A DNA stretch of 60,396 bases from Burkholderia sp. (GCA_040946865.1 JAYFSB010000001.1:1-60396), one strand, 5' to 3'; counted from the stretch's first letter, positions 47,101-58,839 are shown. Made by a program: numbers and translations. Notes: generated from the letters alone by a model not told the origin.

Positions 47101-50100
47101 GCGCTGATGGGCCTGCGTCTGGTTCAGGCCCTGCTGGCCCTGGACTGCGGTGCACGTTCGCTGAAGCTCGCCGTGGTCACGCGGCAGGCCCAGGCGGTCT
47201 GGCCGCAGGAGACGGCGAACCCGTGGCAGGCCAGCGTGCATGGCCTGGTCGGCAGTCTCGCCAAGGAATACCCGCATTGGCAGATCAGCCTGATCGACCT
47301 GCCGGCGCAGGCCGCGCCGGACGGTCATCACTGGCTAGCGCAGCAAGCCGCACAGGTGCCGGATTCCCGCGGCGACGCGCGCGCCTGGCGCGACGGCCGC
47401 TGGTATCGGCAGCAGCTTGTGCCTTGCCGCTTGCCGGCGGTCCGGGCCTCGGCCTACCGGCAGGGTGGCGTCTACGTGATTCTGGGCGGTGCCGGCGGAA
47501 TCGGTGTGGCGTTCAGCGAGTACCTGGTGCGCCATTATCAGGCGCAGGTTGTCTGGCTCGGACGTCGCGCCGAGGACGCTGCCATCGCTGCGCAGCGTGC
47601 CCGCCTGGGCGGCGATGGCCCCGCGCCCTGGTACCTCCAGGCCGACGCCACCGACCGTGCCGCCTTGGAGCGCGCCCATGCGCAGATTCACCAGCGGCAC
47701 GGCGCGATACACGGCCTGGTGCACGCTGCGATCGTGCTGGCCGATCGCAGTCTGGCCGGCATGCCGGAAGCCGTCTTCGAGGCGGCGCTCGATGCCAAGG
47801 CCGCTACCACCGAGAACCTCGATGCCGTGTTCGGTGCCGAGCCGCTCGATTTCCAGTTGTTCTTCTCGTCCCTGCAGAGCTACACCAAGTCGGCCGGGCA
47901 GAGCAATTACGCGGCCGGCTGCTGCCATGCCGACGCCTATGTGCACGGCTTGCGGCAGCGGCGGCCTTATCCGGTCAAGCTGATGAACTGGGGCTACTGG
48001 GGCAGCATCGGCATCGTCTCCGCCGCGGCCTATCGCGAACGCATGGCCCATGCCGGTGTCGCCTCGATCGAGCCGCCCGAGGCGATGGCCGCGCTGGAGC
48101 GCCTGGTGGCTGCGCCGCTGCACCAGGTGGCCTTCGTCAAGACCACCACGGCGCAGATGCCACCGCTGTTGGCCTTCGATCTGCAAGCGCGTATCGAACT
48201 CGCCGAGGCGTCGCCCGCGGTCAGCCTGCCGGCACCGGCCGAGCTGCCGAAGCCCGAGGCCGCTCATGCCGAGCAGGCAGCGATGGAAGCGCAACTGGCC
48301 CAGCTGCTGTGGGCGAAGCTGACGGCCTGGGGCTGGCATGGTGCGCAGGCACCGGGGCTGGCACCTGCTTATGTGCCTTGGCACCAGGCCAGTCTGCGCC
48401 TGCTGCGAGAGCAGGCGCAGCAGGCCGTGACCTCATCCGACGAGGCCGTGCTGAGCGCGCAATGGCAGGCCTATGTGCAGGCGCGTCGCGACAACAAGGC
48501 GATAGGTGCCCACATCCGTCTCGCCGACGCGGCCTTGCAGGCCCTGCCCGCGATCCTGCGCGGCGAACGCGCCGCCACCGAGGTGCTGTTCCCGCAGGCC
48601 AGCCTCAGCTTGGTGGAAGGCGTGTATCGCAACAACCCGGTGGCCGACTACTTCAACGCGGTGCTTGGCGAGCGTCTGCAGTCCTATGTGCAGGCACGGC
48701 TGGTGCAAGATGCGCAGGCTCGCCTGCGCATCCTGGAAATCGGTGCTGGCACCGGCGGCACCAGCGAGGGGCTGTTCCGGCGTCTGGCACCGTATGCCGC
48801 GCAGATCGCCGAGTACGCCTATACCGACTTATCGGCTGCCTTTCTGCGGCATGCCGAACAGCAGTACGCGGCGCTGGCGCCGTACCTGCGCACGCAGCGC
48901 CTGGACATCGAGCGCAGCCCACTGGCCCAGGGCTTCGACGCGGGCGGCTACGACCTGATCGTGGCGACCAACGTGCTGCACGCCACGCGGGATATCCGCC
49001 GCACCTTGCGCCATGCCAAGTCTCTGCTCAGGGCCGAGGGGCGCCTGCTGCTCAATGAGATGGAAGGTACCAGCATCTTCGCGCATCTGAGCTTCGGCCT
49101 GCTGGACGGCTGGTGGCTGGCGCGCGACCCGGCGCTGCGCATTCCCGGCACGCCGGCGCTGAGCTGGAACAGCTGGAGGGAGGTCTTGATGGGAGAGGGG
49201 TTCCGGCAGGTGCTGGCACCGGCATTCGAGGCGCATCGCTTCGGCCAGCAGATCGTTGAGGCCAGCAGCGACGGCGTGATCCGTGTGCAGACTGAGACGG
49301 TGCCGGTGGCTGCGGTAGCGGTGGCGGCACCGCCGGCTCCGGTTGCGCGGCTGGCCGCGCAACCGCCGCGCTCGCACGCCGCCGTCGTGGCTCCGGCGGG
49401 CGTGGCGCGCAGCCGGCAAGCCAACAAAGTACGCCAGGCGATCCGCGAGAGTGTGCTGGAGGCGTTGAAGATGAACGCCGCGCAATTGCAGGACGACCAG
49501 GCCTTCATGACTTACGGCGTGGACTCGATTACCGGTGTGGCGCTGGTAAACACCATCAATGCCCAGTTGGGCCTGCGTTTGCCGACTACGGTGCTGTTCG
49601 ACTACAGCACGATCGATCAGTTGAGCGCGCATATCAGCGCGCAATATGCGACGCAGCTGGCCGACGGCGAGCCGGAGTCGGTTCAGGCTGTTTCGGCGGT
49701 GCTCGCGCTTTCGGCAAGCGCGCTTGATACGGTGCCGATATCGTCGTCGCCGATTGCCGAAACTGTTCATGTTGCTCAGGCCGCATCGCCTGTCTCGGCA
49801 TGGCAGCCGGCACCGGCCGCGCCCGTCCAGCCTCGGCCCCTGCTGACCGCCACGCCTCAGCCCTCGGCCGCGGGTTACCACCGTGTCTGGCTCGACCGGC
49901 CCGGCAGCATCGACGAAGTGCGCATCGTCGAGGACAGTCTGCTGCCCCTGCAGCCGCACGAGGTGCGCATCGCGGTGCGCACCTTCTCGCTGAATTTCGG
50001 CGACCTGCTCTGCATCAAGGGTATGTACCCGACCCAGCCGCCTTATCCGTTCACGCCCGGTTTCGAAGCGAGCGGCGTAGTGGTGGCGGTCGGCGCGGGC

Positions 50101-53100
50101 GTGAGCCGCGTGACGGTGGGCGATGCGGTGATGGCGATCGCCGGTGCCGAACTGGGTGCGCATGCCACGGTGTTGACCTGCCTGGAGCAGCAGGTCTATG
50201 CCATGCCGCGCGGCCTGTCCTTCGAGGCGGCCTGCGCGATGCCGGTGGTGGCGGTGACCATGATCGAGTGCTTCGCCAAGGCGCGGCTGAAGGCTGGCGA
50301 AAGTATCCTGATCCAGACGGCTACCGGCGGCACTGGCCTGATCGCGGTCCAGCTGGCCCAGCACGCCGGCGCGCGGATCTACGCCACCGCCGGTTCCGCG
50401 GCCAAACTCGACTACCTGGCCGAGCTGGGTGTCGAGCACTGCATCAACTACCTGGAACAGGATTTCGAGACGGAGCTGATGCGGCTGACCGAAGGCCGCG
50501 GCGTGGACGTGGTGATCAACACGTTGGGCGGCGACGCGGTGCAGAAGGGGCTCAACTGCCTGGCACCGGAGGGCCGCTACATCGAGATCGCGATGACGGC
50601 GCTGAAGTCGGCGCACGCGATCGACCTGTCGAGGCTCGACGACAACCAGACCCTGCACAGCGTGGACCTGCGAAAGCTCGGCCGTACCAATCCGGCCGCG
50701 CTGGAGCGCGGCGTGCGCGAAATGACGCGCCTGCTTGAGAAAGGCGTGATCTCGCCGACCCTGAGCCGCAGCTTCGATTTCGAGCAGATCCAGGATGCCT
50801 ATCGCTGGCTGGAGGGCCGTCGCAATATCGGCAAGGTGGTGGTCAGCGTGCCGCCGGCGTATCGCTACCAAGAGGAAGGCGACGGCGAGCGGGCCGCCAT
50901 CGAGCCGATCGCGGTGATCGGCATGAGCGGCCGTTTCGCCCGCGCCGGCAACCTTCAGGAACTGTGGCAGGCCCTGGCCGGTGGCGAGGACATGATCGAG
51001 GAGGTCAGCCGCTGGAAGTTGGATGCGCATGGCCCCGACAACGAGTCGTATTGCCGTCACGGCGGCTTCCTGCGCGACATCGGCGCCTTCGACCCGATGT
51101 TCTTCAACATCTCCGGTCGCGAGGCCGCGGCGATGGACCCGCAGCAGCGGATCTTCCTCGAAGAGGCCTGGCATGCGCTGGAGGATGCAGGCTACGCGGG
51201 CGCGGCCGTCGAGGGGCGGCGCTGCGGCGTGTATGTAGGCTGCGCAGCCGGCGACTACCAGCGCCTGCTTGACTGCGACGCGCCGGCTCAGGCCTTCTGG
51301 GGCAATGCCGGCTCGCTTATCCCGGCGCGCATCGCCTATCACCTGGACCTGCATGGGCCGGCGGTGGCGATCGACACGGCCTGTTCCAGCTCGCTAGTGG
51401 CCCTGCACCAGGCCTGCCAAGCGCTGCGTCACGGCGAGGCCGAGTTGGCGTTGGCCGGCGGCGTGTTTGTACAGAGTACCGATGCCTTCTACCTGCAGGC
51501 CAATCGCGCCGGCATGCTATCACCGCGCGGACGCTGCCATACCTTCGATGAGCGCGCCGACGGCTTCGTGCCGGGCGAGGGCGTTGGCGTGGTGGTGCTC
51601 AAGCGCATGTCGCAGGCATTAGCCGACGGCGACCAGATCCACGGCGTGGTCAAGGGTTCGGGCATCAACCAGGACGGCGCCACTAACGGCATCACCGCGC
51701 CCAGCGCGCGCTCGCAGACGCGCCTGGAGCGCGAGGTCTACCAGCGTCACGGCATCGATCCCCGGGAGATCCGGGTGGTGGAGGCGCACGGCACCGGCAC
51801 GGTGCTGGGCGACCCTATCGAGTATCGTGCGCTGACCGAGGCGCTGCTCGACGGGCAGCCGGCCGGCGAGCCGGGCACGCGCTGCGCGATCGGCTCGATC
51901 AAGAGCAACCTGGGCCATACCGCGGCGGCGGCCGGCATCGCCGGCGTGATCAAGCTGCTGTTGGCCTTGCGGCATCGCCGGATTCCGCCTTCGCTGCATT
52001 TCGAGCGGGGCAATGCGCATATCAATTTCGCCCGCGGCCCGCTGTACGTGCCCACCACGCTGGAGGAGTGGCCGGCGGCGGCCGGTGGGCAGCGCCTGGC
52101 GGCGGTCAGCTCGTTCGGCTTCAGCGGGACCAACGCGCATGCGGTGATCGGTGAGGCACCGGCATTGAATCGCGCGTTGCCGCAGCGCCCCTTCTATCTG
52201 ATCGTGCTCTCCGCGCGCACGCAGCTCCAGTTGCGCCAGCAACTGGAGCGACTGCAGGCACACTTAGGCGACGAGGTGCCAGCGCTCAGTTCGCTCAGCC
52301 ATACCTTGCTGCTCGGGCGTCGCCATTTCGATTACCGCTGGGCCTGCGTGGCGAGCGATCTGCATGGCTTGCGGGAACAGCTGGCCGACACGCTTCGGCA
52401 TGAGACGGCCGGCAGTCGGATCGTCGCCGGCCAGGAGCCCGGCGACGAGCAGCTGGACGCCTTGCAGCGCCTGATGCGCGACTACGCGGGCGCTAGCTCG
52501 GGCGAGGCGGCTCGCTATGGGCTGGAGCCGCTGCGCGAGGCTTATCTGCGGGGGCTATCCTTGAACTGGAGCGCCTTGTTCCAGGGCGATAGCTGGCAAC
52601 GCGTCAGCCTGCCTGGTTATCCGTTCGCACGCGAGCGTTACTGGGTGCCGCCGGTGCGCCAGGTTGCGGCTAGCACCGAAGCGGCTGTCTCGCCCGCGCC
52701 AGTCTCGCAAGCTGCCGCGGACCTGGGCGGCGAGAACGATGCCGGCGAGGCTCGGACCTTGACATGGGTTCCACGCTGGCAAGCGAGTGCGTTGGTTGCG
52801 GATGCAAGGACTGATGTCGCGTCGGAGCGGCACGTGATCCTCTGCGACCTGGATGCTGATCCAGCGCTCGTCGAAGGTGCCGCAACGGTCAAGCAGTGGG
52901 CGCACGAAGGCCAGCTGGACCGGCGCTATATGCGTTATGCTGAGTTGCTGCTGGCCGAACTCCAGGCGCTCGCCGAAAACCGCTCGCGCAAGCCGGTGCT
53001 GCTTCAGCTCGTCGTATCAGCCCGTGGCGAGGGTGCGGTGCTGCAGGGCTTGAGCGGCCTGCTGCGAACGGCGGAGCAGGAATATGGCTGGTTGCGCGCG

Positions 53101-55713
53101 CAAACGATCGCCGTCGACGGCAGCGAGCATCTGAGCGTCCGCCTGAGCGCGGAAGCCGCCGCTGACCTGGTGCCGCGCGTGCGATACGGGCAGGCGGGTC
53201 GCGAGGTGCTCGAATACGTGCCGGTGCCGGCAGGCGGATCGGTGCCCGTCTGGCGGGAAGGCGGCGTGTACTGGATCACCGGCGGTCTGGGCGGCCTGGG
53301 TCTGGTGTTCGCCGAGGCGATCGCTCGACAGGTGCGGTGCCCAACGCTGGTGCTCAGCGGACGCCGTGCGCCGGTGCCCGAGCAGCGGCCACGGCTCGAC
53401 CGGCTGCGCGAGCTGGGTGCCACGGTCGAGTATCATGTCCTGGACGTGAGCGATGCCGAGGCCGTGGCGGCGCTGGCGCAATCGATCGTGGCGCGGCACG
53501 ACCGCCTGAGCGGCGTGATCCACGCAGCCGGCGTGCTGCGCGACGGTCTGCTGCATAACAAGCGTTGGGAGGACCTGCAAGACGTGCTGGCACCGAAGGT
53601 GGCCGGCTTGCTGGCCCTCGATCACGCCTCCGCCGAGTTGGACCTGGATTGGCTGCTGCTGTGCTCGTCGGTGGCGGGCGTGCTCGGCAACCTGGGCCAG
53701 GGCGACTACGCGGCCGCCAATGCCTTCCTCGATGCCTATGCGGTCCATTGCCGAGATCCGGATGCCGGGTCTTCGCGTCACGCGCGCCTGTATTCGATCA
53801 GTTGGCCGCTGTGGGAGGAGGGCGGCATGCACATCGACGCCGACACGCAGCAAGTGTTGTGGCGCGAGGCCGGCGTCAGGGCCATGCCCAGCGAGGCGGG
53901 CTTGCAGGCCTTGAACTGCGTGCTGATGCAGGACGCCGCGCATGCGGTGGTCATGCATGGTGCAGTGCCGCGCCTGCGCCGGGTGGTGGAAGGCGACAAG
54001 CAGAAGCCTGTCGACGAGGGCAAGGCCGAAACCGTGCCGGCAAACGTTCCCGATCTGCAGGTAAAGCTGGAAGCGGAGCTGGCGGCAATGATTGCCGGGC
54101 ACCTGCAGTTGCCGATCGAGGCCTTGTCGCGAGACGCGAGAATGAGCGAATTCGGTTTCGATTCAATCAGCCTCAAGGCCTTCATGCAGATTCTGAACCG
54201 GTGCTACGGCCTGGCGCTGAGCCCGGCGGTGTTCTTCGAGGAGCCAAGCATCGTCGCGCTGGCCGCGTATCTGCTGCGCGAACATCGCGAGGCATTCGGC
54301 TCGATCGAGGTCGAAGCAATGGCGGCAAACGCACCCAAGCTGCCGCCTGAGGCTGCACCGACGTCCGCGCCCACCGTGCAGGAGCGAGGCAGATCCGAGC
54401 CGGCCCAACGCGAGGCCATCGCGGTGATCGGCCTCGACGGTTATTTCCCCGCTTCGGTCGACCTGCAGGAGTACTGGGACAATCTCTGGGCGGGCCGCGA
54501 CTGTATCACCGAGGTCCCGGCGGGGCGCTGGTCGCTCGACGAGTTCTACACCGAGGACGTCGAGGCGGCGATCCGGCAGGGCCGCAGCTACAGCAAGTGG
54601 GGCGGCTTCATCCGCGATATCGAGTCGCTCGATCCGACCTTCCTGAGTGGCATGCCGGCCAAAGCGAGGCTCCAGCTGAACGAGGAACAGAAGCTGTTCG
54701 TCGGCATGGTGGACCGCCTGCTTGGCGCGAGCGGCTATACCGATGCGCGGCTCGAGGCCCTGCGCCGCGGGCGGATCGGCGTCTACCTCGGCATGACGGC
54801 GGAGCGGCCTGCCCCCGGCCGCAACGATTCGCCGGGCACGTTGGCCGGGATGGTGTCACGAATGTTCCGCTTCACCGGGCCCAGCGTCGCGGTGGACGCG
54901 CACAGCGCCTCGTCGATGACGGCCGTGCACATGGCTTGCAACAACCTGCTGCATGGCGAATGCGACGCGGCGATCGCCGGCGGCATGTCGCTGCTCTATC
55001 CCGACACCTATCGCGACGGCTGCCAGATCAGCCTGCTGGCCAGCCATCCCGACAGCCGCAGCTTCTCCGAGGAAAAGGACGGCGTGCTGCTGGCCGACGG
55101 GGTGGGCGCGGTCTTGCTCAAGCGCTTGTCCACCGCTGTCGAGGACGACGACCGCATTCTCGCGGTGATCCGCTCCACGGTGGCGCAGTCGGTTAGCAGC
55201 GGCTTGTCGGACCTGCCCGAGCCGGAGCTGGTGGCGGCCTCGATCAAGGAGAACTTCGCGCGCGCGACGGTAGACCCGCGCACCATCAGCTATGTGGAAG
55301 CCGCCTCGGCGGGGTTCCCGATCGGCGACGTCATCGAGATGTCGGCCACCACCCGGGCTTTCCGCGCCTATACCGACCAGCAGCAGTTCTGCGCGCTCGG
55401 TTCGGTGAAAGCCAACATCGGACACGCCACCGCCGCCTCCGGCATCTCGCAGCTCGCTAAAGTGGTGCTGCAACTACAGCACGGCCGTTTGGTGCCTTCG
55501 ATCAAGGCCGGGACGGAGCACGCCAAGGCTCAGCTCAAACATTCGCCGTTCTACGTGCAGCAGCAGGCCGAGGTCTGGCAACGGCCGCGGCTCACGATCG
55601 ACCAGGAACGGGAGTATCCGCGGCGCGCCATGATCAATTCGATGGGCCATGGCGGCTTCTACGCGGGCGCGATCCTGGAGGAGTACCGCGGCCCGGTGCT
55701 GGAAAACCAATGA
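29140..55713 (+). CDS. Trans-AT PKS with loading module, 8,857 aa: AR/pseudo-MT-GNAT-ACP-KS-DH-KR-ACP-KS-DH-KR-ACP-KS-DH-KR-ACP-KS-DH-KR-cMT-ACP-ER-KS-KR-ACP-KS0 (lgaG-like)
   Basis: GTG start after an AGGAGA RBS. GNAT-like motifs [30 protein letters not shown]; ACPs GFSS, GINS, GYDS, GINS, GVDS, GFDS; five KS with intact C/H/H and a terminal KS with DAHSASS / EAASAG; four DH HxxxGxxxxP; five [25 protein letters not shown]. Confidence 0.96.
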   Translation: MLELTKRLADGVVSISLLEACRTSGLGALLKDRARVPSRAAQLTQLAARCGIDEARLEAALQALCEAGWIESIKDGLVVPSAAFERVELWSEAVIAGFDMDLAAVLRGQDGRQLQHWLAHGAAAREGLGAFEAEAEALDAAAMAPLLFELARLDDAAYLQGRDSDSLSPANAALLRVDFLRRGWGLAEEIGLRLSAQGREVLQQAAALGPLLFLARRAEADARTLDSAVALYQANQRWHRALDDASIEADIDADDAWPTRAYVMAAAAMGCLPERPGPSRQTVEPGPARFALHQWTARPYLVRHPSLDDLAILRELDLASWPEGLAVPESELRRRIEQFPQGQLLIEQDGQVIASLYTQRIDTLDQLRNTPYARCAEIHHPRGALAHLMGICVAPDRQGHGLADQLIDFGLVYLASCEGINSVAAVTRCHEYGRAEGNCSLDDYIRQCDDEGRYREPMLQFHASHGATIHEVVPGFRPEDRANHGTGVLIEYARYRQAAEAATATEPAVDPVVRPSRAGLGVDVADAVRANILEVLGEARAEAYGPQVPLMEMGFSSFHLQELRRSLGECVGLKLEATFFFQHGTPAAIIDHLREQLAPVGVEQDDVLRQADAGASCPSASADDIDSPERIAVIGVACRFPGGVGNPEQFWTLLENGVDAIGERGSSVSPAAGSTRRGGFIDEVDCFDAGFFRISPREAELVDPQHRLLLEVVWEALEQAGIAPGRLAGSDTGVFVGVMGHDYERLLRQQGSAQPFDPYFATGNANSIAAGRIAYYYDWHGPTLAVDTACSSSLVATHLACESLLAGECDLALAGGVNLLLHEDMFAAFEQAGMLSPEARCKTFDASADGYVRGEGCAVLVLKRLSEARRDGDPVWAVIRGSAINQDGASAGLTAPNQKAQQAVIEAALRKGGVMPHALRYLEAHGTGTRLGDPIEVLAASAALGAGRSAGEPLLLGSVKTNIGHLEAASGVAGLIKVMLSMRHGLIPRHLHLRQLNPHLDWAGLPVEVVGEARAWPAGPKLAGVSSFGFSGTNAHVVLEEYPAEPANATQSSALLLLSAKRPELLQAQARQLHEALGTFGEADLADIAYTLQVGRDAMEYRLALAGGSLAELHQALARFLAGEAGIRQLWQGRAGQQGELLGSFVLDETFNASIATSLAGWFARGELGKLAELWVQGLDVDWHHLYGANPPRRIGLPTYPFVKERHWLPPAVVQTVADLGGASLHPLVHRNTSDLVEQRYSSRLDKHVFYLRDHVVQGRHVLPGVVQLEWARAAMTLALGETPAALRLEQVSWVQALTVDQALEVHIGIDAEEGGRLAYEIHRGLGDDAEVYSLGWGRLGTSSEAPGLDLAALRSQCTRQMDGPACYARFARTGLAYGPAFQVLTELRVGEEVTIGRLQAPAGIELGDFRWSPSLLDGALQASYGLIDETAGLQLPFAVESVEQWHALPESALVVVQRAAGDSGALRKLDISIVDENGRVALRLAGFSTRAVQVAAPADSLLMAPRWQAQPVAEERPELGYRTHRVVLCEVEAPAGGLDAAALPTASSVHWRVPGSLDERYTHYAGQLLGELQALAADQPADPVLLQLVVPAQGEAAVLQGLAGLLRTAQQEYPWLHSQVIALPAGASLVDCLAREAGVPAPRVRYQADTREVMDFVDVPPAATAMPWREGGVYWITGGLGGLGLLFATHIARQVQVPVLVLSGRREPGAAGQAQLQALRALGVSVEYYAVDIVDAAATSALARDIISRHGRLNGVIHSAGLLRDGLLHTKTIDELRQVLASKVAGTMALDQATADIELDWLLLCSSMTAVIGNIGQGDYGAANAYLDAYAAHREQLVAQGLRRGRTLSVSWPLWAGGGMQIDAEGQAQLHRSTGMLSLPSEVGLAALEQLLAAPRAHSLLLYGDRARLLAHVQALHRAPAPVARSSVPVPAAGSRDALRKAAGRYLTRLLSSSLKLPPQRIDAQAPLEQYGINSILVVSLTRDLEANFGRLPATLFFEYQSIAALTEYFLEHHAASLARLGAAPAVAQSATGAVVAAISAAEPSIDTPAMRRRRHRRGLPYPAATGVPASTAGGPLDIAIVGLSGRYPQARSVADYWANLLQGVDCVTEIPAERWDWHQHFDARKGQDGKSYSKWGGFIDGMDAFDPMFFGIAPREAQLMDPQERLFLQCAYHAIEDAGYTRAGLAASATAGERHGRVGVFVGVMYEEYQLYGAQAQAQGQALSLFGSASSIANRVSYHCDFHGPSIAVDTMCSSSLTAIHLACQSLRQGGCSVAIAGGVNVSVHPNKYLMLSDRQFMASNGRCMSFGEGGDGYVPAEGVGAVVLKPLEKALVDGDHIYGVIKGSALNHGGKTNGYTVPNPVAQGQVISQALAESDVPARAISYVEAHGTGTSLGDPIEIAGLSQAYGMSTQDKVYCALGSAKSNIGHAESAAGMAGLTKVLLQMQHGQLVKSLHSDTLNPHIDFSQTPFVVQRELGPWTRPVLELDGGDKREYPRIAGLSSFGAGGANAHLVISEAPSSTQASTSQATSVVVVLSARNENALRLHVEQLLEHVQSHAPDLANLAYTLQIGREAMEHRLAIVADSVEQLCARLSAYLQGDALAEAVYRGEPRRSQEAMAVFGGDEELQEAVAKWITRGKLEKLAELWVQGLSIRWEQLYGQALPHRISLPTYPFAQERYWIDVGQAAARVAGSDILHPLLHVNSSDLQGQRYTTTLDAEMSLLREHRLHGRATLPALAQLEWARAALAHALGGATGLCLEDVQWLKPLHVDAPTTLHIALDWEDETRVSYELYREDDDVRQVHVQGWAELIDGSQAPRLDLPALQARCTQLLGGSEAYSRLAAAGWSYADGFQALSSLQSGECLAIAYWRQTANASWQDYALAPNLLDIALQACRLAWPEQDWNWPAAARQMRIVGSLPTQGVVLVRQHPGQLEVDIDFADSEGRVLASLQGLEPHQQSTQQAPAAQTLLLVPRWTVQAASVTSERTSYAAHWVVLCELDAPVSLEAELAPARCLRWQASGNPAERYGVYAGQALVWLQQHIVAGGPGGQVLLQLVLPARGEAALMQGLGGMLRSARLEYPWLLIQVIAVDSAQALAGRLIAEAAAPAPALRYGAAGREVLDFAPLAAADAAVQTQLAWRDEGVYWITGGLGGLGRLFAAAIAAEVCNPVLVLSARRAPDPVQAAFIERLREQGAYVEFRAMDTGEAAAVEAVAQAIVAEYGRLNGIIHSAGLLRDSLLTNKREADLRQVLNAKVSGLLALDLATRDMSLDWFLLCSSVSSVLGNAGQTDYAAANGFMDVYAAYRQDLVAQGLRQGRSVSLSWPLWAEGGMHIDAAAQAQMRRTTGMQVLPSAAGLAALHQALAASVSHVLVLHGEPQRLHDYVRATHRVPELAEPAPTMPAGRGYRRELKGLDLADCVSWDLVEHTHELLRVPRDAVDTQANLIDYGYDSVSLTAFAARLSEHYGIALTPSLFFSHPTLEQFASYLMASHGEALAAFYLTEPEPDRAEAAVAALAAAGMPAAASVPVRPSAQRRRHALLASAAATTIEPIAIIGISGRFPGARSVEELWAILRDGREVLQSAGTERFAAWPPEQQPACDRIGLLPGVAEFDPLFFEISPREAEAMDPRQRLLLQEAWRALEDAGYGGSQLQRHAVGMFVGVEQGDYQLIGKADADVTSNHDGVLATRLAYSLNLHGPVMAINTACSSGLVAAHQACLSLRAGECDTAIAAGVNLLLTPTIVRSMEQAGMLSPEGRCHAFDRRANGMVPGEAVVALVLKRLSQAEADGDPIHAVIVGSGINYDGKTNGITAPSGAAQTRLLQSVYARHRIDSTEIDYIVTHGTGTPLGDPVEINALADAFAPHARSPQSCALTSSKSNLGHTQAASGLVSLVGLVQAMRHETIPASLHCEQLSDHISWQQSPFYVNTAARPWPAVAGRERLGAVSAFGISGTNAHMVLRSHAVPAVAGRRVAVRPLLLAVSAKTTEALQQRVQDLVELLQGRDHDAAELTAISHTLLSGRQHFAHRCAVVVQDRDDAVYALQQALSREIRSNLFRGVVGREFVAQKALLDYGEELIGRTAALQQAEVPSQASREALLALADMYCQGYALSWHGLFGQTPPNRVHLPTYPFARETYWVTPAGHAEAVTTAQLHPLVDRNTSDLNEQRYSSLLSGDAFFLRDHVVQGCRVLPGVAQLEWARAAAALTLGGEPSIRLSQVDWLQPLVVEQAAEFHIALAPQDDGRLAFEIYGGAGKDGQVHGQGWAEAVSLAQVPRVDLEGLRARCTRSLTGEQCYVRFVEMGLNYGPSFQSLAGLRMGEGIAIGELRWPAGVDQAAYLLPPSLLDGALQSCIGLYAESTGLILPFAVETVEQWGPVPATAYAVVQPGTDDSEAVRKLDIRIVDEKGQVAVCLSGLNLRAVAPASPAAETLMLAPQWRAQPAPVTNVVPARAAHRVIFCEVVPVDLREALPAASSVHWTAEGSLDTRYTRHAEQLCAELQALAASQPKGPLWLQLVVPAQGEDAVLQGLDGLLRTARQEYPWLVAQTIAVMNTRDLAARLAAEAGSPAPRLRHGEAGREILNYAEVSGSSHARPWRDRGVYWITGGLGGLGRLFAAHIARQVKAPVLVLSGRREPGAAGQAQLQGLRALGASVEYHALDIADAAATSALAQDIVVRHGRLNGVIHGAGLLRDGLLHTKTSDELRQVLAPKVAGTVSLDQATANLELDWLLLCASAAGVLGNVGQSDYAAANAYLGAYAVHRDELMAQGCRHGRAISVSWPLWVEGGMQVDTQTHAHLQRGTGMQALPSEAGLAAVDQALSQGDVAQVLVLHGERARLLAYVHEVHAAPVLEAEAEAAAPVAPESGVVLRASAQRFLTRLLSQSLKLSPQRIDAQVPLEQYGINSILVVSLTRDLEASFGRLPATLFFEYQSIAALTEYFLEHHAAALHALLGRPQAEAGAVSPLPIPATSPTPVQTARSSPARRFSRRNGLTSITLRDARPASLDIAIVGLSGRYPQARSVADYWANLLQGVDCVTEIPTERWDWRSQYDPAKGKLGKIYSRWGGFIDEVDAFDPLFFNISPREAELMDPQERLFLQCAYHAIEDAGYTRAGLAASATAGERHGRVGVFVGVMYEEYQLYGAQAQAQGQALSLFGSASSIANRVSYHCDFHGPSIAVDTMCSSSLTAIHLACQSLRQGGCSVAIAGGVNVSVHPNKYLMLSDRQFMASNGRCMSFGEGGDGYVPAEGVGAVVLKPLEKALVDGDHIYGVIKGSALNHGGKTNGYTVPNPVAQGQVISQALAESDVPARAISYVEAHGTGTSLGDPIEIAGLSQAYGMSTQDKVYCALGSAKSNIGHAESAAGMAGLTKVLLQMQHGQLVKSLHSDTLNPHIDFSQTPFVVQRELGPWTRPVLELDGGDKREYPRIAGLSSFGAGGANAHLVISEAPSSTQASTSQATSVVVVLSARNENALRLHVEQLLEHVQSHAPDLANLAYTLQIGREAMEHRLAIVADSVEQLCARLSAYLQGDALAEAVYRGEPRRSQEAMAVFGGDEELQEAVAKWITRGKLEKLAELWVQGLSIRWEQLYGQALPHRISLPTYPFARDRYWVPKNLLSIDVSSAPAAVLHPLVHRNTSHLGGQRFSTWLDPQFWLLREHQVQGRGLLPGAAQLEWARAALSLALEGAEVRLLQVNWLRPLLVEDTAELHIVLRLEDDGRIGYRIYREQDGDTLVYSHGWAESLGEQVPAPTLDLAGLLASCTRHWSRAEGYARFQAMGLHYGENFQVLESWQIGDAVVVAELRAPDAARLVGYGLPPNLLDGALQASLGLAGEQALSLPFAVELVEQWAPVPSPAYVVARCAAGDSAAVPKLDIDIVDAQGWVAVRLGQFSRRPVEVRAGTESMSPAAATDAGQEWTLAPAWDIADIDARQKVLPVQGTLVLGEADWIGATGIRRLDWVPDDSREYLIERLGEQGELQQLIWVVPGAEPRAALMGLRLVQALLALDCGARSLKLAVVTRQAQAVWPQETANPWQASVHGLVGSLAKEYPHWQISLIDLPAQAAPDGHHWLAQQAAQVPDSRGDARAWRDGRWYRQQLVPCRLPAVRASAYRQGGVYVILGGAGGIGVAFSEYLVRHYQAQVVWLGRRAEDAAIAAQRARLGGDGPAPWYLQADATDRAALERAHAQIHQRHGAIHGLVHAAIVLADRSLAGMPEAVFEAALDAKAATTENLDAVFGAEPLDFQLFFSSLQSYTKSAGQSNYAAGCCHADAYVHGLRQRRPYPVKLMNWGYWGSIGIVSAAAYRERMAHAGVASIEPPEAMAALERLVAAPLHQVAFVKTTTAQMPPLLAFDLQARIELAEASPAVSLPAPAELPKPEAAHAEQAAMEAQLAQLLWAKLTAWGWHGAQAPGLAPAYVPWHQASLRLLREQAQQAVTSSDEAVLSAQWQAYVQARRDNKAIGAHIRLADAALQALPAILRGERAATEVLFPQASLSLVEGVYRNNPVADYFNAVLGERLQSYVQARLVQDAQARLRILEIGAGTGGTSEGLFRRLAPYAAQIAEYAYTDLSAAFLRHAEQQYAALAPYLRTQRLDIERSPLAQGFDAGGYDLIVATNVLHATRDIRRTLRHAKSLLRAEGRLLLNEMEGTSIFAHLSFGLLDGWWLARDPALRIPGTPALSWNSWREVLMGEGFRQVLAPAFEAHRFGQQIVEASSDGVIRVQTETVPVAAVAVAAPPAPVARLAAQPPRSHAAVVAPAGVARSRQANKVRQAIRESVLEALKMNAAQLQDDQAFMTYGVDSITGVALVNTINAQLGLRLPTTVLFDYSTIDQLSAHISAQYATQLADGEPESVQAVSAVLALSASALDTVPISSSPIAETVHVAQAASPVSAWQPAPAAPVQPRPLLTATPQPSAAGYHRVWLDRPGSIDEVRIVEDSLLPLQPHEVRIAVRTFSLNFGDLLCIKGMYPTQPPYPFTPGFEASGVVVAVGAGVSRVTVGDAVMAIAGAELGAHATVLTCLEQQVYAMPRGLSFEAACAMPVVAVTMIECFAKARLKAGESILIQTATGGTGLIAVQLAQHAGARIYATAGSAAKLDYLAELGVEHCINYLEQDFETELMRLTEGRGVDVVINTLGGDAVQKGLNCLAPEGRYIEIAMTALKSAHAIDLSRLDDNQTLHSVDLRKLGRTNPAALERGVREMTRLLEKGVISPTLSRSFDFEQIQDAYRWLEGRRNIGKVVVSVPPAYRYQEEGDGERAAIEPIAVIGMSGRFARAGNLQELWQALAGGEDMIEEVSRWKLDAHGPDNESYCRHGGFLRDIGAFDPMFFNISGREAAAMDPQQRIFLEEAWHALEDAGYAGAAVEGRRCGVYVGCAAGDYQRLLDCDAPAQAFWGNAGSLIPARIAYHLDLHGPAVAIDTACSSSLVALHQACQALRHGEAELALAGGVFVQSTDAFYLQANRAGMLSPRGRCHTFDERADGFVPGEGVGVVVLKRMSQALADGDQIHGVVKGSGINQDGATNGITAPSARSQTRLEREVYQRHGIDPREIRVVEAHGTGTVLGDPIEYRALTEALLDGQPAGEPGTRCAIGSIKSNLGHTAAAAGIAGVIKLLLALRHRRIPPSLHFERGNAHINFARGPLYVPTTLEEWPAAAGGQRLAAVSSFGFSGTNAHAVIGEAPALNRALPQRPFYLIVLSARTQLQLRQQLERLQAHLGDEVPALSSLSHTLLLGRRHFDYRWACVASDLHGLREQLADTLRHETAGSRIVAGQEPGDEQLDALQRLMRDYAGASSGEAARYGLEPLREAYLRGLSLNWSALFQGDSWQRVSLPGYPFARERYWVPPVRQVAASTEAAVSPAPVSQAAADLGGENDAGEARTLTWVPRWQASALVADARTDVASERHVILCDLDADPALVEGAATVKQWAHEGQLDRRYMRYAELLLAELQALAENRSRKPVLLQLVVSARGEGAVLQGLSGLLRTAEQEYGWLRAQTIAVDGSEHLSVRLSAEAAADLVPRVRYGQAGREVLEYVPVPAGGSVPVWREGGVYWITGGLGGLGLVFAEAIARQVRCPTLVLSGRRAPVPEQRPRLDRLRELGATVEYHVLDVSDAEAVAALAQSIVARHDRLSGVIHAAGVLRDGLLHNKRWEDLQDVLAPKVAGLLALDHASAELDLDWLLLCSSVAGVLGNLGQGDYAAANAFLDAYAVHCRDPDAGSSRHARLYSISWPLWEEGGMHIDADTQQVLWREAGVRAMPSEAGLQALNCVLMQDAAHAVVMHGAVPRLRRVVEGDKQKPVDEGKAETVPANVPDLQVKLEAELAAMIAGHLQLPIEALSRDARMSEFGFDSISLKAFMQILNRCYGLALSPAVFFEEPSIVALAAYLLREHREAFGSIEVEAMAANAPKLPPEAAPTSAPTVQERGRSEPAQREAIAVIGLDGYFPASVDLQEYWDNLWAGRDCITEVPAGRWSLDEFYTEDVEAAIRQGRSYSKWGGFIRDIESLDPTFLSGMPAKARLQLNEEQKLFVGMVDRLLGASGYTDARLEALRRGRIGVYLGMTAERPAPGRNDSPGTLAGMVSRMFRFTGPSVAVDAHSASSMTAVHMACNNLLHGECDAAIAGGMSLLYPDTYRDGCQISLLASHPDSRSFSEEKDGVLLADGVGAVLLKRLSTAVEDDDRILAVIRSTVAQSVSSGLSDLPEPELVAASIKENFARATVDPRTISYVEAASAGFPIGDVIEMSATTRAFRAYTDQQQFCALGSVKANIGHATAASGISQLAKVVLQLQHGRLVPSIKAGTEHAKAQLKHSPFYVQQQAEVWQRPRLTIDQEREYPRRAMINSMGHGGFYAGAILEEYRGPVLENQ
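35621..37121 (+). repeat. Direct repeat copy 1 (about 1.5 kb; KS2 core plus flanking subdomain)
   Basis: Matches 44396-45896 at a constant offset of 8,775 nt. Translations in several frames of the ORF track are identical (e.g. 36294..36518 vs 45069..45293; 36539..36979 vs 45314..45754). First downstream mismatch is TAC/TAT at 37122/45897. Confidence 0.93.
44396..45896 (+). repeat. Direct repeat copy 2 (about 1.5 kb; KS4 core plus flanking subdomain)
   Basis: Apparently identical to 35621-37121; near-identity also covers 44146-44280 vs 35371-35505. Confidence 0.93.
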
Positions 55714-55804
55714 GGAAACGAGGCGGAGGCCCGGCTCGTCCCCGTGTGTGCTGTACCTGTTCCTGTGTCGAGTTCGACCTTTTCATTTTAAACGGAGATT
55801 GCAG

Positions 55805-56200
55805 ATGAGTGCAGAAGCCAACAAAGCCATCGTCACCGCCATGTACGAGGCCTATGCCAGGAGTGATGCCAAGGGGCATTTCGGTCATATGTCCGACGAC
55901 GTCAAGGTGACCTATTTCGGCAGCCACCGTTTCTCGCGGACCTATCACGGTAAGCAGGACCTGTTCACGAATTTCATTCCGCACTTCGTGGAGCGCCTGG
56001 ACGGCCCGATCGATTTCCAAGTCAAGAACATCATCGCCGCGGACCACTACGTGGCGGTCGAGGCGCAGGGCACGGGCCGCACCAAGGATGGTCAGGAGTA
56101 CAACAATTTCTATTGCATCGTGCTGCGCCTGGAAAACGGCAAGGTCACCGAGATCCGCGAGTACATGGATACCGAGCTGACCAAGCGAATCTTCGGATGA
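55805..56200 (+). CDS. NTF2-like / SnoaL / ketosteroid-isomerase-like protein, 131 aa; candidate ether-ring cyclase
   Basis: GGAGA RBS before the ATG at 55805; pattern NKAIV..MYEAY...D.......MSDDV......G......G ... VAVE.......G..Y.N.YC.V..LENGKVTEIREYMDT is typical of NTF2-like proteins. Confidence 0.9.
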   Translation: MSAEANKAIVTAMYEAYARSDAKGHFGHMSDDVKVTYFGSHRFSRTYHGKQDLFTNFIPHFVERLDGPIDFQVKNIIAADHYVAVEAQGTGRTKDGQEYNNFYCIVLRLENGKVTEIREYMDTELTKRIFG

Positions 56201-56243
56201 AGCCCGTTTTATCGCGCAACCACCTGAATCCACAAGGAAAGCT

Positions 56244-57602
56244 ATGAAGGACCTGACCCAGGGATCCGTAACCCGCCACATCGTCACCATGGCCGTGCCT
56301 ATCGGCGTCGGCATCGTATTCCAGTCGCTGTTTTACCTGGTCGACCTGTATTTCGTGGGCCGCCTCGGTGCTGATGCCCTGGCGGGTGTGGGGGCGGCGG
56401 GCAACGTGTCGTTCCTGGTGATGGCACTGACCCAGGTGCTGGCCGCCGGTACCGTGGCCTTGATCGCCCGAGCCGCAGGCAGCAAGAACCAGGAGCAGGC
56501 CAGCCTGGTCGTCAACCAGGCGCTGGGGCTGGCCGTCTGCAGCGGCCTCGTGATGTTGCTGCTCGGTTATGCCATGACAGACGTCTATATGCGCTCCACC
56601 TCGGCCACGCCGGGCGTGGTGGAGCAGGGCAGCCTCTACCTCTACTGGTTCCTGCCAGGGATGGCGCTGCAGTTCGTGCTGACCGCGATGGGCGCGGCGC
56701 TACGCGGCGTTGGCGTGGTCAAGCCCACCATGGTGGTGCAGTTGTTGACTGTCGGCCTCAACATCGTGCTGGCACCCGTGCTGATCGTCGGCTGGGGAAC
56801 CGGCCATCCGATGGGTGTGGCCGGCGCGGGCCTGGCCAGCACGATCGCGCTCGCGGCAGCGGCGCCGGCCATGGCCTGGTACTTCCACAAGCTCGGCGGC
56901 TACGTGCAGATCCAGCGCGACCGGCTGCGGCCCAGGCTCGGCGACTGGTGGCGCATCCTCGGCATCGGGCTGCCCGCCGGCGGCGAATACACGCTGCTGT
57001 TTGTCTACTCGGCAGCAACCTACTGGGCCATCCGCGATTTCGGTTCGGCGGCCCAGGCCGGCTTCGGTGCCGGCGCACGCCTGATGCAGGTGCTGATCCT
57101 GCCGGCCCTAGCCCTGTCCTTCGCGGCCGGGCCGATGGTCGGCCAGAATCTCGGCGCGGGCATGGGGCAGCGCGTACGGCAGACCTTTGTCTCGACAGTT
57201 AGTCTGATCAGCTCGATCATGCTGCTGCTATGCTTGCTTCTGCAGTGGCAGGGTGAGACCCTGATTGGCAGCTTCGCCAAGGGCAGCGAGGTAGTGGCGC
57301 AGGGCACACAATACCTGCATATCGCCTGCTGGAGCTTCATCGCGCAAGGTGTGATTTTCACCTGCTCCAGCGCGTTCCAGGGGCTCGGCAACACCCGTCC
57401 GGCCCTGATCAGTTCCGCCATGCGCCTGCTAAGCTTCGTCCTGCCCGTGGCATGGCTCTCCATGCAGGGGGGCTTCCCCATCGTCCAGGTCTGGTACCTG
57501 TCCGTGGCCAGCATGTTCCTGCAGGCCGGGCTAAGTCTCTGGCTGCTGCGCCTGGAATTCCGGCAGAAACTGGCACCGGCCATCGGTGTGCCTTCGATCT
57601 AG
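56244..57602 (+). CDS. MATE-family efflux transporter, 452 aa
   Basis: N-terminal DLTQGSV....V.MAVP, VDLYFVGRLG..ALAGVG, LNIVLAPVLI.G....P.GVAGAGLAS, GQNLGA, FQGLGNT; many hydrophobic segments in two halves; AAGGA RBS. Confidence 0.95.
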   Translation: MKDLTQGSVTRHIVTMAVPIGVGIVFQSLFYLVDLYFVGRLGADALAGVGAAGNVSFLVMALTQVLAAGTVALIARAAGSKNQEQASLVVNQALGLAVCSGLVMLLLGYAMTDVYMRSTSATPGVVEQGSLYLYWFLPGMALQFVLTAMGAALRGVGVVKPTMVVQLLTVGLNIVLAPVLIVGWGTGHPMGVAGAGLASTIALAAAAPAMAWYFHKLGGYVQIQRDRLRPRLGDWWRILGIGLPAGGEYTLLFVYSAATYWAIRDFGSAAQAGFGAGARLMQVLILPALALSFAAGPMVGQNLGAGMGQRVRQTFVSTVSLISSIMLLLCLLLQWQGETLIGSFAKGSEVVAQGTQYLHIACWSFIAQGVIFTCSSAFQGLGNTRPALISSAMRLLSFVLPVAWLSMQGGFPIVQVWYLSVASMFLQAGLSLWLLRLEFRQKLAPAIGVPSI

Positions 57603-57673
57603 GTGGGCCTGCTGCCTCGCGGAACGAGGCAGTCGTATCGACTTGCCCTCGACAACAGAATTGGGAGAAAGTG

Positions 57674-58690
57674 ATGTCGAGTGTCCATGAACATGCCGCT
57701 GCGTCATGGCGAGCCAGGTTGGCTGGCACAGATACCGTCTTCATGTTCGGCGGGCAGGGGACGCAGTATTTCCAGATGGGACGCGAGCTTTATCACTCCC
57801 ACCCCGTGTTCCGCGAAAGGGTGGACGCCTGTGACGCGCTGATCCGGGCCGAGTTGGCGTATTCACTGAGCGAGGTGCTGTACCAGGAAGGGCACAAGTC
57901 GTCCGCGCCGTTCGACGACATCCTGCATACGCATCCCGCCTTGTTCAGTATCGGCTACAGCCTGGGCGAAACGCTCCGCGCCGAAGGCATCGAGCCGGCG
58001 GCCGTGCTCGGCTACAGCCTTGGTGAATACATCGCGCTGGCATGCGCCGGTTGCCTGCAATGGGAGGACGGTCTGCGCCTGGTCATGCGGCAAGCGCAGG
58101 TGCTGGCCCGTCACGGTGCGCCGGGCGGCATGCTCAGCGTATTCGCCGAGGTCGAGCAGTTCAGGCTGCGACCCGAGGTTTACAGCGGCTCGCAACTGGC
58201 GGTGGTCAATTTCAGCGGCAGCTTCTGCGTGTCCGGCGCGCGCGAGAACCTGGAGTCGATCCGTCGGTGCCTGGAGGCCGAAGGCACCATCGCGACCTCG
58301 CTACCGATCCGCTTCGCCTTCCATTCCAGCGGCATCGATCTCGTCGAGAAACAAATCCGAAGTGTGGCGGCGAACTTGAGTCTCGAGCCAGGGAGGGTGC
58401 CGGTGTACTCCTGCATGCTCCGGCGCGCGATCGCCACGGCCGATATCGCGGATCCGGGTGCCTATTGCTGGCGAGTGGTTCGCGACAGCGTTAATTTCGA
58501 AGCGACAGCCCGCCGGCTGGCCGCCGATATGCCCGCGCCGTTCATGGTGGACCTGAGCGCCACCGGCACGCTGGCCACCTTCATGAAGTACGCGCGCATC
58601 GACGACGTGAAATACGCGCATTGCATCAACCAGTTCGGTCGGGATCTCAATGAATATCAGTCGCTGATGTCCCGGCTGGCGCATGCCTAG
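57674..58690 (+). CDS. AT-like acyl hydrolase (PksD/BaeD/PedC type proofreading enzyme), about 338 aa
   Basis: GGGAGA RBS before GTG-ATG at 57671/57674; FMFGGQGTQYFQMG, THPALF, GYSLGE (Ser retained), AFHS. The malonyl-binding Arg is replaced by Gln (LVMRQA vs LVHKRG in the true AT), as in acyl-hydrolase-type ATs. Confidence 0.85.
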   Translation: MSSVHEHAAASWRARLAGTDTVFMFGGQGTQYFQMGRELYHSHPVFRERVDACDALIRAELAYSLSEVLYQEGHKSSAPFDDILHTHPALFSIGYSLGETLRAEGIEPAAVLGYSLGEYIALACAGCLQWEDGLRLVMRQAQVLARHGAPGGMLSVFAEVEQFRLRPEVYSGSQLAVVNFSGSFCVSGARENLESIRRCLEAEGTIATSLPIRFAFHSSGIDLVEKQIRSVAANLSLEPGRVPVYSCMLRRAIATADIADPGAYCWRVVRDSVNFEATARRLAADMPAPFMVDLSATGTLATFMKYARIDDVKYAHCINQFGRDLNEYQSLMSRLAHA

Positions 58691-58728
58691 GCGCACGACC
58701 TGCGTCGCGGCGACTTATTTCAATCTTC

Positions 58729-58773
58729 GTGCGGTCTGCCGACAATCTCATGGCGGATTGTTGCACACCGCAC
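58729..58773 (+). terminator. Imperfect inverted repeat just after the last cluster gene; candidate terminator or 3' stabilising hairpin
   Basis: GTGCGGTCTGCCGACAATC (58729-58747) pairs with GATTGTTGCACACCGCAC (58756-58773); the U-tract is weak. Confidence 0.4.
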
Positions 58774-58839
58774 TCGTTCAGCGGGGGACGGTAGTCCGGC
58801 AGCCCGGAAATGGCATATTTCTGGGAGAAGGCCGAGCTT

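Noticed and set aside
55766..55790. GTCGAGTTCGAC followed by a T-rich tract as a terminator after the giant PKS
   Set aside because: The stem is only 4-5 bp, and the T-rich stretch may simply be the translation-initiation region of the next gene.
55649..55804. Upstream extension of the NTF2-like ORF
   Set aside because: It overlaps the PKS end; the RBS and the family-like sequence begin at ATG 55805.
57452..57670. Upstream extension of the acyl hydrolase ORF
   Set aside because: It overlaps the MATE gene; the RBS supports a start at 57671/57674.
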